DNA of 64,000 nt from Lingula anatina (lineage: Eukaryota > Animalia > Brachiopoda), in the NCBI GenBank assembly GCA_051362555.1, contig CM120642.1:31434001-31498000 (forward strand), in the 5' to 3' direction. The notes beneath the pieces were generated by a model. That model saw only the letters and a program-made list of their open reading frames with translations. It had not been told where the DNA came from and did not search any database. Made by a program: the position numbers and the translations under genes. Shown here one piece after another: positions 61,501 through 64,000 of this stretch. Position 1 is the first letter of the stretch. Each line of letters starts with the position of its first letter.

Positions 61501-63599
61501 TTTAGCCTTAGCCATGTTTCTAATGTCCGGTCAATGTATCATTGCAGAGGTGACCATGATTCAAAGACTTATATCTTAAAACCATTTTACTGTATAGACT
61601 TTGAAATATTTCTAATGTCCGATTCACATATTATTGCAGAGATGACCATGAAGCCGAGGTTCTACAACCTGGCAGCCACTGGCTATAACAACCAGGACAC
61701 GCCCAAAGTGGACGGACTGGTGAGTACTTGTTATAGAATACCACACCAGCTATATCTTTATTTTGCATTTAACCTTAGCATGATCAGATCATTACTTATG
61801 AAAGATTAGAATTGAAGAAAAGAATGAAAGAAGAAAAGAGATGAGAAAGATTATGGTTCAAGGAAATTTTACTTTAGAGTTGCGACATTAATAAATTTGG
61901 TTAAGAACAAGTTGGTATTTTCCTAATTTAAACCCTAATCTTTTAATTGTAAAAATTATGCCATGGTATCTTGAAATCATATTACTGAATCTGTGTGATA
62001 TTTGAGTGTATTGTTATTGCTATCTCAACAACTTTCTGATTTGTTGCAGGCATGCAGTTTTCTCCTAGGAGCAGCAGAAGATGTCCTGAACTACAGCGTC
62101 CTCTATGATGCCTGTGTGACATTATTGTTTGCAGGATCTAAGTGGGACAAAGTGTCTGCTGGGGTAGGAACTGTATTGGTAGGTTTGATTGTCATAATTG
62201 TGAATGAAATTGAATCCTTTAGCTCTCATTTTGATGGCACTTTTGGCAAGAGAATAATAGCATATGTGTTAGTAAGAAGGACATTGGTTATAGAATATTC
62301 AGGTTTTTATTTCTTTGTTTTGATCATTTAAATTAACAGGGCATGATTTCACCTGATTTCTTTCAATTGTTTTTCTGCCATTTTCCTTATCTATCTTCAT
62401 CATTGTATATACAAAAATATAACAAAATTCCCACCTGTATTTGATGGCTTTATTCATCTGCTTCAGGAGGCGTCTGCGATCCACTACCACTTCCTGATCT
62501 GCTGGAGGCTTCTGGGATGTCTGCCGCCCTCTGCGCAGTACATGCACAGTCTAGAGGAAGGCATGACGGAAGATTACGACGCACCTCACATGTTACACAC
62601 AATGCGCTGGGCACCACGCATGATGCATAAAAACTTTGCTGGATGGACCAAGGTATGAGTGAACAGATATAATTGTTTACTATTTCACATGCCATTCTTC
62701 TTAGTTTATATATTTCCTCTGTCAAGGAATTTCATGTTTTTGCCTTCATTGGATTGATTTTGATAAAATTTTCATGGTAGGTCAGAAATGGGCTAACCAA
62801 GAATCATTTAGATTATTATGTTTATCCACTGATTTATTAATAATTGTAATGATTAATTGTTAATCAGTAATAAAAATTGAGCTGCCTATTTGAAGGTTTA
62901 TCCTTGATGAGATGTTTTCAATTTAATACATTGTATTTCTAGTTTTATTAACTTTTCTGGTTTTATTAACTTTTAACCATTTTCATCAACTGTTGTCCTG
63001 TCCCCAGGACTCACTGGTCAAGCAGGGAATGACCACCCAGAAAGCTGAGGCCCTGGTCTCCAGCGTGGTCAATACTACCAATAATGTCAACTTCGATGTG
63101 AGCACTGCACTGCAGCACATGCAAAACGAGGTGAGAAATACTCACTATATTAGGGTGTAGTGTTGCATAATCCTTTTCTTTGTTTTATGGAATATGCAAC
63201 TTATTTGATGAAGTTTACTCTGTTATTTTTCTGTATACAAACTGAATTGATATGTGCACTTAAATAAAGTATTGAAATTTAATGGTAAATATTGAGTTTT
63301 TGCCTTTTAAAGGTAAAAAAATCATTTATATTTGTATAGATGGAAATTGCCATTTTCTGTGCTGCTGTTCAAGTAACACTGATAGGTATGTTGAGCCCTG
63401 ATCCAGTTAAAAGCCGATGAGAAGCCAAATTCTTAAGCAATACATGCATATTTACTTTCAGCTGTCCAACACGCCAGTAATGGATAGGTCCACCATAGTG
63501 TCCATATCAGACATCCCCAGTCTGAGCTCCATCTACATGCTGGACACTGTGGTTGCCAAGGCACATGTGGCGCTGGACGAACTCTTCACTAAGTCTATG
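46469..63599 (+). CDS. UBR4: E3 ubiquitin-protein ligase UBR4 (p600), 5' portion; gene continues beyond the window
   Basis: Exons from 46469-46584 (MAGSAEVDWSSCVKPLL), 47363-47460 (HDEEYEGFYSSYVALACHY), through 49859-50022 (FSLPILEPL), 55596- (HGFGVLAVALA), 57972-58168 (DDDSEPILGLSHWFDET), 59702-59942 (WPMTVYPRSLAVL), 60199- (DINVEHLQVLLFLFH), 61640-61719 (KPRFY), to 63462-63599. These match recalled N-terminal UBR4 motifs (e.g. YEPFYSSFVAL, DDDSEPILGQWFEET, DLNVEHLQ). About 26 exons in the window. Confidence 0.9.
51148..52977 (-). CDS. Intronless TRIM-NHL protein (RING - B-box - coiled coil - NHL repeats), TRIM2/TRIM3-like, nested in a UBR4 intron
   Basis: 609-aa ORF with RING ([24 protein letters not shown]...CPLCR), B-box2 ([29 protein letters not shown]), coiled coil and NHL repeats ([31 protein letters not shown]). 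Lies within the UBR4 intron 50023-54144. Confidence 0.92.
   Translation of the reverse strand: [609 protein letters not shown]
56551..57493. repeat. Near-perfect ~472-bp tandem duplication inside a UBR4 intron
   Basis: Two copies offset by 472 bp (nearly identical ORFs at 56721 and 57193), with only a few differences. Confidence 0.9.
58395..58577. repeat. 92-bp tandem duplication in a UBR4 intron
   Basis: TTAGATTCTGGTAAAGTTACTGTGAG...TGATAAAACT x2. Confidence 0.9.
61330..61652 (+). repeat. Degenerate ~90-100-bp repeat of a UBR4 splice acceptor plus exon start (4 copies)
   Basis: TTTCTAA...ATTGCAG|A(G)ATGAC(C)ATGA-like motif at ~61340-61375, 61425-61465, 61517-61560 and 61608-61652; only the last continues as EMTMKPRFY. 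Confidence 0.75.
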
Positions 63600-64000
63600 G
63601 TGAGGCAGAGAGTAGTGGAACTGTTTAAATGAAGCTGTGCTCTTTTCTCTCTATCTTTGCTGAAATTGTAAATATATCTGCAAAGAATCATGATAAATGA
63701 ATAATATTTGTAGACATATAATCAGCTGCTAGTACTTATAATTAGTTCTTTGAGTTAATAATCAAAGTACAAATCCAGTAAAATGACATTTTTTCCATTT
63801 ATATAAATCTATTTTGTTTTGTTATGGTCAGGGATTCTCATGGAATTCATGCATACATAAATATACCCTTTTTGAGGTTCATACTTTACAGATTTCTCAT
63901 CTTTTTCTTGGTCTGTTGTAAGCACTTTTTGTCATCAAATCACTGAGGAATAGGTTAAAGTCACACTGTAGGAAGGAAATGCCTGATTCTAGTCCCTTGA

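Overview
Eukaryotic, AT-rich, intron-rich invertebrate DNA; a lophotrochozoan, probably a mollusc (inferred from gene content and repeat style). Five protein-coding genes were reconstructed by hand from splice sites and reading-frame phase. (1) A secreted modular mucin-like protein (+, 911-6152): Ly6/three-finger, PAN-like, Thr-rich and VWC modules. (2) A short ionotropic glutamate-receptor subunit with no amino-terminal domain and a degenerate M3 gate motif (+, 8400-15657). (3) A 36-exon, ~2190-aa laminin chain (-, 45415-18674) combining a beta-type LF (IV-B) domain and a gamma-type L4 (IV-A) domain, with a symmetric phase-1 chitin-binding (ChtBD2/CBM14-like) exon inside the LF domain. (4) The 5' part of UBR4/p600 (+, from 46469, running off the window), head-to-head with the laminin. 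(5) An intronless TRIM-NHL gene nested antisense in a UBR4 intron. The most striking non-coding signal is a recurrent set of tandem repeats centred on exon-intron junctions, which multiply splice donors or acceptors (up to 14 copies). Several MITEs and microsatellites are also present. Coordinates were derived by eye and may be off by a few bases; no database searches were run.
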